A model generated the notes under the pieces. That model was not told where the DNA came from, searched no databases, and saw nothing but the letters and a program-made list of their open reading frames with translations. DNA of 63,797 nucleotides, counting the filler, from Lenisia limosa (lineage: Eukaryota; Protista; Breviatea): assembly GCA_001655205.1 (NCBI GenBank). It is 4 parts of 4 records of this genome, joined end to end, with 100 filler letters (N's around TTAATTAATTAA, not from the genome) between each part and the next. Parts side by side here need not be neighbours in the genome. Positions count along the whole stretch, not along the records: positions 1 to 26,727 come from LPNZ01005340.1; positions 26,828 to 57,599 come from LPNZ01009365.1; 2 more parts are not named here. One strand, 5' to 3'. The translations under genes and the position numbers were made by a program. Every line of letters begins with the position of its first letter. The first letter of the stretch is position 1. This document shows positions 25,701 to 38,900 of the stretch, one piece after another.

Positions 25701-26560
25701 ATATTGAACTACAAAGCCCACTTACCAAGGGGTGTTTCAGGGGATGTAACTGAAGGAGACGTGATGTTCTGGTAAAGGGTGGCCGCTGGAGTTGGTGTGA
25801 TGGGGGAGGGGGCAGCAACTAAGAAAATGTAAAATAACACAATAAAATTGGTATTAATAATATTTTCAGGTTCATCGTCTCCAGTGCCAACCCGGAGTCA
25901 GGACACTGGTCACTCTTGAACGTTTTGCTGGGGGTGGTACCGTCTCAAGTACTCTCTTCTGCACCTTAGGTTGCAACCTTCAGTGTAACCACAATCCACA
26001 CGTGAACAACGAAAAATAGGAAACATTAGCTCCAAAACTGAAGAGGATTTCACAAAATAACCTACAAAATTTTGCAGGAAGAAAGCAAAGACTCCACGAA
26101 AAATATACCACCAAGCTCCAACCCACAAGACTACTTCATCCTTTTCAATTAGCGAAACTGGCTGATGATCAAAAAGAGTCACTTCTGCAACCTAGAGAGT
26201 GACCTCGTTGAACGGGTGCATGGGTGGTATGCAATTAGCTGTCAACAATTCAAGAAAATCATACCGATAGTCTGAAGGGGCACTTGATAGCCCAAGAAGA
26301 TGCAATATCGGTAACCGCATTGGAGATAAGGGGACCCTTCAACGCGTGCAATACCTAGTACGTCGTTGAGAAAAGATACATGAGGTGTTGCTCAGTATGG
26401 GGAATGAAAGTTTTAAAATCGTTACGCTGTATATGAATTTGGAATACCTCATTCGCTCCGTTGAGGCTGTGACCCGACTCAACCTGGCTTAAATCTAAAA
26501 TACACCTTGTCATCAGGAAAGTAAGAGGGCAAAGACCCTTGCAGATGATGAAGAAACCTA
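22764..26560 (-). CDS. COIL: Probable coilin (Cajal body scaffold): N-terminal ubiquitin-like end, basic patch, Ser/acidic tract, C-terminal Tudor-like domain; 5' end probably cut by the contig edge
   Basis: The Tudor-like part DYYTAFPPLYLPCN-VGDTIAFCLPILGPDFTPVTSSYK-EAIITFFDAKTNKLSLLP...SMDFSALVAPRRL resembles the coilin pattern DYS.LP.L...P.VG..IAFK.LEL...Y.P.VS.YKEG. Also present: VTLFDHQPVSLIEKDEVVL (end of coilin N-domain), basic ERKANRLRAKRRRQKNAKR and a long S/E/D tract (25190-25460). The last exon VERSS...RGALSKFIDIIAQEQDDGDN* is inferred. Confidence 0.68.
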
Positions 26561-26727
26561 GCTTGAAACAGGAGTCAGGAGGGGGGAATGTGGATACTTT
26601 TATGCGCTACTCTATTGATGATTGCAGATTGTAATATTATTGTCCCTTTGGCAGGGCTAAGAACAACAGACAAAGAACAGAAAGCTAAGGAACAGCAATT
26701 TTTACAGTGAATATCCGTGAATTGGGC

Positions 26728-26827
26728 NNNNNNNNNNNNNNNNNNNNNNNNNNNNNNNNNNNNNNNNNNNNTTAATTAATTAANNNNNNNNNNNNNNNNN
26801 NNNNNNNNNNNNNNNNNNNNNNNNNNN
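26728..26827. other. Artificial contig linker (N44-TTAATTAATTAA-N44)
   Basis: Exact 100-bp structure with a six-frame stop 12-mer at 26772-26783; identical to the linkers at 57600 and 61291. Confidence 0.97.
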
Positions 26828-26913
26828 CGAGGACTACATCGTGATTATCAAGCCAAATGCTGACTACAGCACATCTTTTTAGAAAATATTCAAAATAATG
26901 GCACTTTGTCTGT

Positions 26914-29900
26914 TCACTGTTGCAATACCACAGACCTGTCAACAGAATCGGCATCTGAGTACTCACAGAGGTCTGACGCAGCTCTAAAGGTCACAAGGAG
27001 TATTCGGAATTTGACATCTTGCAACATTTATGTTTAGTAACCAACCTCAGATGCTGTGGCGGAGGGGACAAAGACCCTGACTCTGACCTTCTCGAGTGAT
27101 ACGAAGACCTGTGTGACTGTTGGACGGCCGAGGGTGCCGGCTTTTGGGCCATGAGAATGCCTGCTGTCGCTCGAAGCACGGCAATTTCCTGGGGAGTGAT
27201 TAGTGTGGACTAATGGCAATGACATTTTGTTAATAATAAAAGATGGGAACCGAATGAAGAATCCTCCAAACCTCAGAAGGCAGTCTGTTGAGATCGTCAC
27301 GAGAAATGTCAAAGAAGTCCTGGGCCCAGGTTTCAGAGAGGTCCGCCTGGTTCAGTCTGCGGGATGCTATAAGAAGAGTTCACCTGTTATATGCTATTTG
27401 TGAACCAACAAGAGAAATAATTGAGAGCAGAAAGGAAAACAGACTATTAGCCATTTACTTTTTAAGCAGTTCATTTGCATCCACATTGACATCTTCTCCC
27501 CAAACGGAAACTGCCTAAAAGCTGAGTTGGGATGGTTGAGAAATAGTCCTGAAAGTTGAGTTGCGATGGTTGAGATATAGCCCAAAAAGTTGAGTTGCGA
27601 TGGTTGAGAAATAGCCCGTTAAAGCCTTACATCTTGGTCCTTCTTGTTTTTGTTGAGGGTTTTTGCTCTGTGCCTGAGCTCAATAATAGTGGCGATGATT
27701 GCAGCAATGATGTTGATGACTGAGGAGTTAGAAATCAGTGCGCAAAATAATGGTGTTCAGCAATTCCCAGACCCAGTCACCGATCAGAATAATAATAAAG
27801 TACGCCATTCCCGTGAGTACACCTTCGTCTGTGATCTTGTCACCTTGAAAGTCAAAAGAAGATCATGTGTAACACACAGAGCATTTCACATTAAAGGCGG
27901 TGAGAATCCAACTATATAGCCAATACATCCCGGTCCCACTGTAGAAAAGCAGCCCAGTGAAGAGGGTGAGGTAAGTTGTACACAGAGTGAAGAACTCGAG
28001 TTGGTTGACAGTGTCCTAAATTGTGACAAGGAGAACTGGTTAGAGCAGAAATGCACCCCCGTACCTGGTGGAAGGGGTGGGCAAAGGTCTGGAAGAGAAG
28101 TGCCACAAACAGCACGGCGAGACCAACAACCGCCTAATCTGTCAGACTATTCGAGTTCAACAGGTTCCCTATGACAAATGTTACAGATTTTTCCATGTAT
28201 AAGAAATATGATAAATACAATTAGATCATTAAAGCCGGTAACCTTAAATATCGGGTCAGCGGGCACAAAGGTGACAGCAAGAACAATGGCCAGCTTGCGA
28301 CTGAGAATCATAGACTCCCATCGTTTCCATCGATCGCTGTATGGTCAGAAGATAAAGTTTCAAATACGTAGCAAAATGAGAAGGAAGTATAAATGTAAAA
28401 GCTACATCAGAATTTCCATTCGTCCCTTACTACTTCCCATCGGGTGGGTATACCCAGGAAGTCCAAATAGTAAGTCAAGTCCTATCCCAACCTGTAAGGC
28501 GAATGTAACACGCTGTAGCGCATTTTTGGCGTGGGCTCTTCAAGACGATGTCTGTTGCGGCCAATAAGATAGAGAACTAACATGGGGAACCCAAGAGCGT
28601 AGATGGGGACGGCGAGGATGATGTAGCGAATATTGTACCACCTATGGTGTTTAGAAGGGAACAAACTGAAGAGCAGATGCATAGTCGGGGAGGGGCAACG
28701 GGGCAGTATCCTACCATTCTTCGTCGTAGCACTGCAGAGAGGAGTCTGCGTCCATTGTGTACGACCCATCCCTGGAGTGTTGTGACGTAAAATTTCCCCA
28801 GTCAAAACTTGTTTTTTTTAGAGTGAATAAAAAACGGTGGAGCAAGGCAACAAGAACATGACGGCAACATACGGCTGTAAAGTGCATCTGAAAGGGTCGA
28901 ATGAGAGGAACGTCAGTGAAGTGTAGCCAATAACAAGTACGGAAAGGAAAGCTCCGATGATGAGACTGATCATTTCCTTCCGAGACATCTTTGGCTCCTC
29001 TTTTTCTACACAGTCAGGTGGGTTGATTATCTCCATTGGACAGCTGTGCACTCAGCCCCCTTCAAACCTTCAGCCAGCTTTGGGTTACTGCAGTTCTGCA
29101 TCAGATCGCCCGTCGACGACGTCTCAATCCAGGCTTCAGCGCTACTCTCTAGGGTGGGGTCAATGGGGAAAATGATAACATATTCACATCAGATAAACCA
29201 GTTCCTTATAATCATTACTCCCGGGGTACCAGAGGGTTGCAAGCTGGGACTGGGAGCGTAGCGAGCCTTTCTGGCCTGTCGCTTGTGCCAGGACTTCCTT
29301 CCAAGACCGAAGAAGAGATAGGCCACGGGCAAGACCATGAGAATAAGGACTGGGATCAAGAGTTTGATACCGCTGAGAGGTTAGAAAAGATGGGNNNNNN
29401 NNNNNNNNNNNNNNNNNNNNNNNNNNNNNNNNNNNNNNNNNNNNNNNNNNNNNNNNNNNNNNNNNNNNNNNNNNNNNNNNNNNNNNNNNNNNNNNNNNNN
29501 NNNNNNNNNNNNNNNNNNNNNNNNNNNNNNNNNNGATCACATAGCAAATCGGTCACGACTTATCCCGGTCAGTTTATGTCAAATATGGCATTTTACAATG
29601 GGCACATAGTGGCCTACAGTCTGGACCAGTAGGTGAGGGGAATGGAGCACTCGGGCGACGTGTAGTCCAGATTGAGATTGAAGACCGACAAGAAATCGAA
29701 GAGAGCCAACAGTTCCGAGGGCCACCCAAGACGGAAAGCTGGCTGCGGTGGTTAATGTTACTGGGCAAAATAGGGTAATGTGAAATCCAAGGCAGTTACG
29801 GGTGACACCCCCCCCCCCCNNNNNNNNNNNNNNNNNNNNNNNNNNNNNNNNNNNNNNNNNNNNNNNNNNNNNNNNNNNNNNNNNNNNNNNNNNNNNNNNT

Positions 29901-32900
29901 CTTGACCCCGAGCCGGCAAGAACAATCAGAAGCACACAGCCGAGAAGAATAACAACCTGTGAAGTGAATAATGATCAGGATTAATATTCACCATGATCTG
30001 CGCAAAAAGACAACCCTGCCTCTTACAAAGAGAATAAGAAGGAGCTGAAGGCTGTTGTCTGGGCATGCCTTGCAGGAGTCTCCGAGTCGGTAGTAGTTGG
30101 CCGCACAGGCTCCACATAGCCTAAGTTTTAACACGAGTCTTTGGGCTTCCACCCAGACCATTTATGCAATCCATTTGCTTTACGATAGTACATTTGGCAG
30201 AACCCATTCTCACCTGCCATCGTAGCCCTCTGCACATTCGCTCTGCTCACCACCAGAACAGGCGGTTTCCTAATAAAGTAAGTTGGGCAAGGCAGTTTCC
30301 TTATTTAGTAGGATGAGCCAGTTATCAAGGCCTACGGGGTAGCATTTGTAGAGAATGGTCTGGTCCTCCTGGGCAGCCCAGTAGCCCGGCGCAGGGAGGG
30401 GCAGCTTCGAGCCGACTGGACAAATACCGCCGTTAGGGCACTGTGTACATGGGCCTCCTGGGGGGGGGGGGGNNNNNNNNNNNNNNNNNNNNNNNNNNNN
30501 NNNNNNNNNNNNNNNNNNNNNNNNNNNNNNNNNNNNNNNNNNNNNNNNNNNNNNNNNNNNNNNNNNNNNNNAAGATTATCACTTCTTGCAATGAACAAGG
30601 CTTACCATTGGGTCCGAAGAAGTTCTCTTTACAGATGCATTGCGACGGCAAAGTGGCACCTTCAATCTGGGCAAGTTAGAGGAATTGATTTCACAAGCAT
30701 ATAGAATAAGTACAACACATCACATTACCGCCCATCCTCACCGTGTTGGTGGTGGTTTTGGCCGGACATTGAACACAAGTGGAGGGGAAGGTGCTCGTGC
30801 CTTCCATGAAGTAGTCAGCCGGACAGTTGACACATGCCACGGGATCCGCTGCGTATTCACCCTGAACTGTCAAAACTTGCAAAAATGTATCCGTGTAGCT
30901 CTGAAACTTAAAACAAATCAAACGATGTGTCATGCCATAATCTCGGAGAAATGATAAAACCAGGCAGAACCGCGTACAGGCAGACACACGGCCTTGATAG
31001 CAATGGACTGTGGTGAGCCCTCCAAATGCACGCCTGATGAGCGGATGAGGAGGATGAAGTTGCCGGGTTGCGAGACCAGGTATTGGACAGTCACGTGCCC
31101 TGCATCCACACCATTTTCCATCTTCACCTGAGGGGTAAGTAGTTCCATCATATGATTTGTGAAGAGAACTGTGAGTGTCTTGGCAAAGCAATAAAAGTGA
31201 ACACTTTGCTTCAAAAGATGGAACCGTCCCACTTCAATCAAGGGGTCTTCCCTGCGCCGTTCGTTGGTTGCAGCGGCCTCGACCTCGACAGTGACCTGAC
31301 TGGAGGCGTTGGCACGCGGGTTGCCAAACTGGTCGGAAACGAAGATGTCAAATTCCGACCAGGTGTTGCGCGTGGCCTGGGTCAGACCGCCGCCAGTGAG
31401 TAGGCAGTTAGCAGGCGCCAACGGCCCGGCTTCAACCAAAACAGTAACATCGCTGCCGAGATGCACTCCTTCAAGTCTACGTGGGGGGGGGGGGGTANNN
31501 NNNNNNNNNNNNNNNNNNNNNNNNNNNNNNNNNNNNNNNNNNNNNNNNNNNNNNNNNNNNNNTTGGCTGACAACACACGAGGGTTGATAACAACAAAAAC
31601 AAACAAAGCCCAGACCAGTCGCTTCTGCAGCTCCGCATCCCGTCGTGAAACAGGCCAAATTCAAGTGTGTTAATGGAGGGGGATATCAAGCAATGGTGAG
31701 CAGGTAAAAAAATTTCTTCAACATGTACCCCCATACGCTACTTCCAGCTGATAACTGCCGATGACTGTGAGGGCCATAGTCAGTTCATAGGCCCCTGATC
31801 CTTGCGGGGCAATCTAGATTGTTAACTCAAACAAGTTGCCGGAGATGCTAGCATGCTCAAGGTAACAAAGCCCACAGTCGGCTGGGTGAGTCCGGTTTGG
31901 CCATCCAGGGGGATGATGTTTGCTGAGAGCTTGAGAGCATCGTTGGATTGTGTTCGGATGTTGCCGTATTGGTCGTGAACCGTTACCTGGGGTGTTAACA
32001 TGGTAATTGTGAGGATAACAGAAAAGGGGTATTTGGTCTATACCATATGTGGACAAGATGCCACCCCGCACCGTGACAATTCGTTCACCAGCCGGGCCTC
32101 CAATAAGTCCGCTTTGGTCGATCTCGGACATCAATGGACTGGGGTCATTGGCAATGACTTGGAAGAAGAAGGGCGACATCTGCACCGGCAGGTCCTAAAA
32201 CATGAGGGGAAATGGAAGGTGGAAGGCAAAATGTTCAGTTTGAAGGAAACGAAGGAGATTCTTAAACAACCATAAAACACAATCTATATATCTGTATGGT
32301 AATTTGTTTATGGTATAGTTATATAATAGTATATTTATTTATTTGTTTCCCAAGATTTCGATTTCTGATGTATATCTATTATTTATGTTGCTCAAATAAA
32401 AACTCACCATTAGTCTGAGATCCATTTGATAGGTACCGATTGTGGTGAAGTTGTAGTGGATATCAATGAACTGGCCATTTTGTTCAAATCTGAAGAGTGA
32501 GAACGTGACTGCTGGCATTGTTGTGAATAGTAACTTTAGACGGAACTGTCAATGTTGACACGGTGTTGCATGAGAGCTTACGTGGTTGCGATACTAACGG
32601 TGCTGCCTGTCATTGACACAAATGTGACGGTTGGCTGAATAGTGAGAAGAAAACGGACTACATGGAACACATAATACGGACTACATGTACGTCGTAGATT
32701 TTTGGCTTTGAGTTCTGAGCCCAAGTAACCAACACAGCAATTACATGATGCAGTTTTGATCAACAAACCGTTACGCCAGAGGGGTCCGTAATGTCGTTTC
32801 CATAGGAATCACGAGGCTGTAGCGACAGTGTCTGGATCACTCCTGACACGTCAGCAAGGCTTGGTATATGTGAACATTATAGCGATCAAAGGACCCTCCC

Positions 32901-35900
32901 ACCGGCCACAGCCTGGATTGGTGGGGAAATGAGAATCGAGTTCGGGGCAGAGAGGTCAGCAGGCGACACGGTAACGTTGATTGACGTGGCAATGGGAACT
33001 GTGTTTGCTGCTGCCTGGGGAGAGGTAATAGAAGCCTTCGGAGCAACGAACATCAATCATCTAACAGCATATCCTATGATATATAAGGGGCTTGAATCAT
33101 CTAACAGCATATGCAATGATGGGTTTGAATATTATGAACAAGCAACCCTGGTACGAATAACCCACGGTGACGGTGTAGTCTCCAGCAGTGTAGCGTGGTA
33201 ACGTTGTGATGTACTCGCCATTGGAGACATACGGGGCGATACGAGTGGTCGTGATGCTGGTCTCAATGTGGGTCATAGATACTTCAATCAATGAACCGCC
33301 TGCGAGGGTTAAAAGTTAGTAGAAAGAACCATATTCGTTCCATAGGTTTGCCTGTTCATTTAAAGCACCTGCACAGCCCATATACCAATATCGCGAATGT
33401 TGCCGAATGTGTCCACAGTGGAGAACTGCACCTAGGGGGTGATGGAATCGTTTTTGTACTTAGGGACTATAACATTGTTACAAACATCCAAGAGAACAAC
33501 TTGCTGGTAAGTGAGCAACCAACGGATGACGAAAACAAGAGCAACCAACGGATGACCAGTACGTTCCTAGGTAGTAGGCAACATACCTGGGCATCACCTG
33601 CGGGTCCGTCCTCCGCTGCCGGTCCAGTGAGGGTGGAGGCGTCAAGGTCAATGGGACCTGAAGTGTTACTGTTTGCAGGATACTCAAATATTATGTGGAA
33701 ATTCGGAACCAAGTTATTTTCCGCAAAAACTACGACACCAACCTGGTAAAACAGTGACAGTTTTTGGGAATCCTGGAACACCAGCACTGTTAACCGTCAG
33801 CGACAGGGCAAAGAGGCCAGAAAGAGTCGATGAAACGGAAATCTAAATGATCAGCAATATATAAGTCAAAAATCATTCAGTAAAGACGAGTTAAAAAAAA
33901 CATTTTCAATCCCACATTATAGCCTCTTTCATTCTCCTCGATATTGACGACAGTGCCATCCGTGCTGTCGTCAGCCTTGAGCGCCAATGTTGAGGCCATA
34001 CTAGCTTTCAGGCCAGGAACATGATTGTCATACCTATGGGTTAGAATGTCGGATAAGTGGAAAGAAGTACTAAAGAACAATGTAACTCACTCCAGCGACC
34101 AAAAACGACATACGTATCATGTATTAACAAATTAGTCCCATGAACATACATATCATCTTTCTTATTCCACGCATAACAGCGGGTATAGGGCATTGGGGTG
34201 GTATACTCGGTAAGCGCTCACATATCGGGTACGACGACAGTGAAGACCTCGGGCTTTCCAACAGTCATGCTCGAGGGTTGCAGAGTAAGTACGGAAGAAG
34301 CCAAGACCGCGGAACCGGCTGTCACCTAAAAACCGATTATGCCAGCCAGAAGTGACGGATAGCTCTTGTATTTGTGCAACAGCACCCACCTCGAAGGTGA
34401 ATGGGCAACCTGAAAGCATCATGCCATCAGCAGTAATGTTGACCTCATAATGCCCTGCAAGCTGGCGGCTAACAGTGTACATTGCACCAGTGTCAAAGGG
34501 AACAGGGGTGATCGAAGTGAATGGGGGGTCACTAATGAACGCCAACGTCACCACGTCTGAAGGAGTTAGTTGTCTCAATCAACGTCAAAGAGACAGGTGA
34601 TCATGTCAGTTCCCTTTGGACAGTCAACTTTCCAACCTCCAATCACGGGGTTGCCGTAAATATCCGAAGATGTGAGCGTCAGCGTCGTGTCACCTACTAC
34701 ACCACCCTGTTTGGTAAGAATTAAACAGCCAAAGCAGGAACTTTGAAAACCTTTCAATAATACCGTAACCCACCTCAATTGCGGACCCGGCGACAATGGT
34801 ATCGGCAATGGACACGACGCCCGCGGTGATAGTCACCATAAGGGGGGATGATGCCGGCACGCCACCATCAATCACCACGTCAATACGGTAACTGTCGGAT
34901 GTTGTCACATCCACCTAGGGGGTTAGCCCGCACAATTAACACTTAAAATGCAGTTGGAGCTTGGCCTAAACACAACCTTTATATCTACAAACCCTCAGAA
35001 GTTTGAGGTTCTCTTGGTTATTACAGAGGGGAAATGACACCATCCTGTACATCCCACAAACAGCGAACATAACAACGGAGTCCCCGCTCAGCAGCTGCCA
35101 AGTCAGACTCTGAGAATCCATGGTCGACAAAGTGGCGATGGTTGCAGTAACCTCTCCAGTCAGACCTACAACATAATGGTGGAATGATGATAAAAGTAAA
35201 ATCTGAAGACTAACTAGAGTCGTTAACTTAAGTAAACAAAACAGGGCTAGTGGTCCTACTCTTAGTTGAAAGGTTGTCGTATTGGTCCTTCAGCGTGACG
35301 TTGAGGGAGTTATAGGCCATGCCAGCACGGTAAGACGTATCATAGTCAATAATGGAATTCACTGAGGTACCTGGTCCTGAATGGTCAGCCTAAGGCCAAA
35401 GGATATGGGCTTTGTAGCCACACCGATCACAAACTAAACAAGGATTGTGAGAAGGAAAAAAAAAACACTTTACACGTGTTACAACATTTGACAGATCTTT
35501 CAGCTAAAGGTTATTTTGGTTCGATGAGCAGTTCTGAGTGAACCATACCTGGTAAGACTTGCAGTGATCGCTGGAAGGCCGTAACACCGTCATACAAAAC
35601 TTCAATAGAAACGTTCCCTGCGAAATGAGTACTTTTGCTTATAAAATGCTGAATTAGAGAATTTAACCAGCAAAAAGGCATTTTGTAGCACAAACCGGCT
35701 TGGCGAAGGTCAAGGGAGATCTGACACATGTTCGTTTCTTGCGTGCATTGCACAACATTGCTGACACCATCCACCTTGAACGTCACAAACAGTTCGGCAA
35801 GGGAGGGGAACATACCGTAGCGTTGAAGAGGGCAATTGTCGTGTCTTTGTCCGTTATAAAATGTTCGTTATCGAACTGGTCCTTCATCAGAACGTCAATC

Positions 35901-38900
35901 ACATGATAGCCGGCCTGGGGGCGTGACGAGAGCAACGGGAGAAATAGGAAACAAACCAAAACCACAAAACCCAAAATCAACTCTGCTACCTTAATATTGG
36001 AGAAAGATACAAGGAGAGCTTGAGAGATACAAGGGGGGTTTGAAAACAAATAAACGTCTAATCAGATACTTATATGAAGTTCAAAACAAATGAGCACTGT
36101 CAATAACAAGGCTTTAGTGTGCGGAAATGAAACCCCAATACTACAGGTCAATAACAGTACCTCAACATTGGTCTCAGAAATAGGGCCTCCGGAGAGGGCA
36201 ATAGAGGATGCGTTGACATGCCCCGAAAGGAACTCAATAGGCTNNNNNNNNNNNNNNNNNNNNNNNNNNNNNNNNNNNNNNNNNNNNNNNNNNNNNNNNN
36301 NNNNNNNNNNNNNNNNNNNNNNNNNNNNNNNNNNNNNNNNNNNNNNNNNNNNNNNNNNNNNNNNNCAATGTAATCATTTCAAAAACAGAGAAGCCTTCAC
36401 AATCAAACTATATATCACAAAACATGTTAAAAAAGGAATATATAGCATGGAGATTGTTTGCCCTACCTTAGGGCTTTCGGAGTGGATGGTGCCCATGATG
36501 TTGACGTTGACTGTAAAGAAGCCCGCTTGGGTGAAGGTAAAAACAGTACCCTGAAAACGGTCAATACAATCAAGGCAACTGGAAGCGAAAGGTCGTCCAT
36601 TGCTCACATTGTTGATCATCTGTACAACGTTGCCCATTGTGTCTTTAATCTGAGAATGTGAGGAAAGGAAGGGAAGGAAATGTTATAATTACGCCAAGAG
36701 GAAATGAGGATGTGCGAAATTTTAGATTTCCAAAAGGCAACATTAACACAGGCAGTTCTCTATAATTTTCCAGCCCGCCAACAGTGATGTCGATTGAAGG
36801 CACAACAGGGTCACCTTCGTAGATGTAGTTACCGTATGCGTCCTAAACGGAGATCAGTTGTGTGGATAAGAATTCGAACACTCTAATGTGATAAAAATGT
36901 TCGCTGGTGAGAATGCAGAGTATGTTCTATTATACCTCTCAAAATGCCCCGCGAACCTGACCATACACTCCAATGAAAAGAGGCTCTCCGACGGTCATCA
37001 TCGACTCCCAACCTAGCAAGTTATCCCGGGACTACATCTAAAGATGACCATATGCGAATCCGTAAACATGCCGATATCAAGCCGAGGCCCCCACCTGTTC
37101 CAAACACTGTGCCCACTCCAGCCTCTGGCGGACCAGCCTTGTGCGTTAGATGGAAAATGGCAGAATGTGGATTGAGGGGATGGGTCATATGGCAGACTAT
37201 GTGCAAATGTTATTTTGAGGAAATTACATTGACAAATTAGAAATTAAAGTGTCTGAAGTTACAGTATGTTCCACTAATTTTGAAAATAATTCAATTAATT
37301 GCACAGTCCCTGTTATATGGCAGACGCTGTGAACACAATGATATCAATGAATCGGTTGATTCCTCATACCGAGATGGTGACGTTGTGTTGCCAGTACACT
37401 TTACTTCCCAATTTCAGTGCCATCTGAGTGACGCCGACTGTGGAGAACTCTAGCTCAACCTAAACGGTCAAATGATTCAACATGTAATACTTCAAAAGTG
37501 TAACAATGACACATTAAGCGTTCAAGGCTTCACCCGGCCTTACATCGTATTTATCGTCATTGCGCATGATCATTGCAGACACCAATGGAGTTGAGTGGAG
37601 GCTGAAAAAGGATGTTCCTGGCCTGATCTCACCACACCGGTTTTTCACAGTGAGGGAATAAGTGCTTTCTGATGCCTGGAAGGTTAAGCAGCGGTTCAAG
37701 AGAAACGCAATAGCTTATGCCCCCAAATACCTGTAGAGACGTCTGATAAAGGTCGAGTTCAACGTTATCGATGCTCTGTTGCGCTGAGAGTTCCTGGACA
37801 ATGGAGGCAGATTTACCGTCTTCGTCCCAAACCGTTACGGAGACGTGGAATGCTGAAAGGTCAGTAGAGTGTACCAAAACACCAAAACAGTCAATCGAAA
37901 GACCTAAGTGCTCACTTGAGTTAGTGGTCAGGTCTTGGCCGGTTTCAGCAGGATGCACCGTAAGCTGACTCAAAGCACTGTTGACAAGCAGTTTCTGACC
38001 ACTCATCTTCAGAATCTAGACGTGTTGCGATTATAACTCGACGTTTATAAAATACTTAGTGTGAGTGATAACAAACATTCTATTTGCACCCCCCCCCCCN
38101 NNNNNNNNNNNNNNNNNNNNNNNNNNNNNNNNNNNNNNNNNNNNNNNNNNNNNNNNNNNNNNNNNNNNNAGGCCTGCCGATATGCCAAAGGACACCTTGC
38201 AGGCTAAAATTATGAGCAGCCAAATAGGAGATACGGTGGTATATGCAACTGGCCTTGCTTGTGATTCAACATTAAACGGATTCTGCCCCCCCCCCCACCG
38301 ATGGTGCCAGTTAAACACTCCACCTCGAGGATCATCGTGCCGTCGTTTTCGGTGTCGTCGATCACCAGGAAGGCAGGGACCACGGCAGAAAGATCGCAGA
38401 TGGAGGGCACGGCCGAAGGCGTGAACTGCAGTGTTGGGGCGTAGTTGTACGGTACGACAGAGAACGAAATCACAAGATCATTGGTCTACAAGGTGAAAGG
38501 GTGAAGCGTTGTGCGTGGATGGGGGGGTTCCACCTGATATGACAATAATTCCACTAATATATGATAAAATGTAATACTATATATATACATATACATATCA
38601 AGCCCGTGTTTTTGGTTGGCCAAAAAACATCAAAGCATGAGAACACCATCTTGGNNNNNNNNNNNNNNNNNNNNNNNNNNNNNNNNNNNNNNNNNNNNNN
38701 NNNNNNNNNNNNNNNNNNNNNNNNNNNNNNNNNNNNNNNNNNNNNNNNNNNNNNNNNNNNNNNNNNNNNNNNNNNNNNNNNNNNNNNNNNNNNNNNNNNN
38801 NNNNNNNNNNNNNNNNNNNNNNNNNNNNNNNNNNNNNNNNNNNNNNNNNNNNNNNNNNNNNNNNNNNNNNNNNNNNNNNNNNNNNNNNNNNNNNNNNNNN

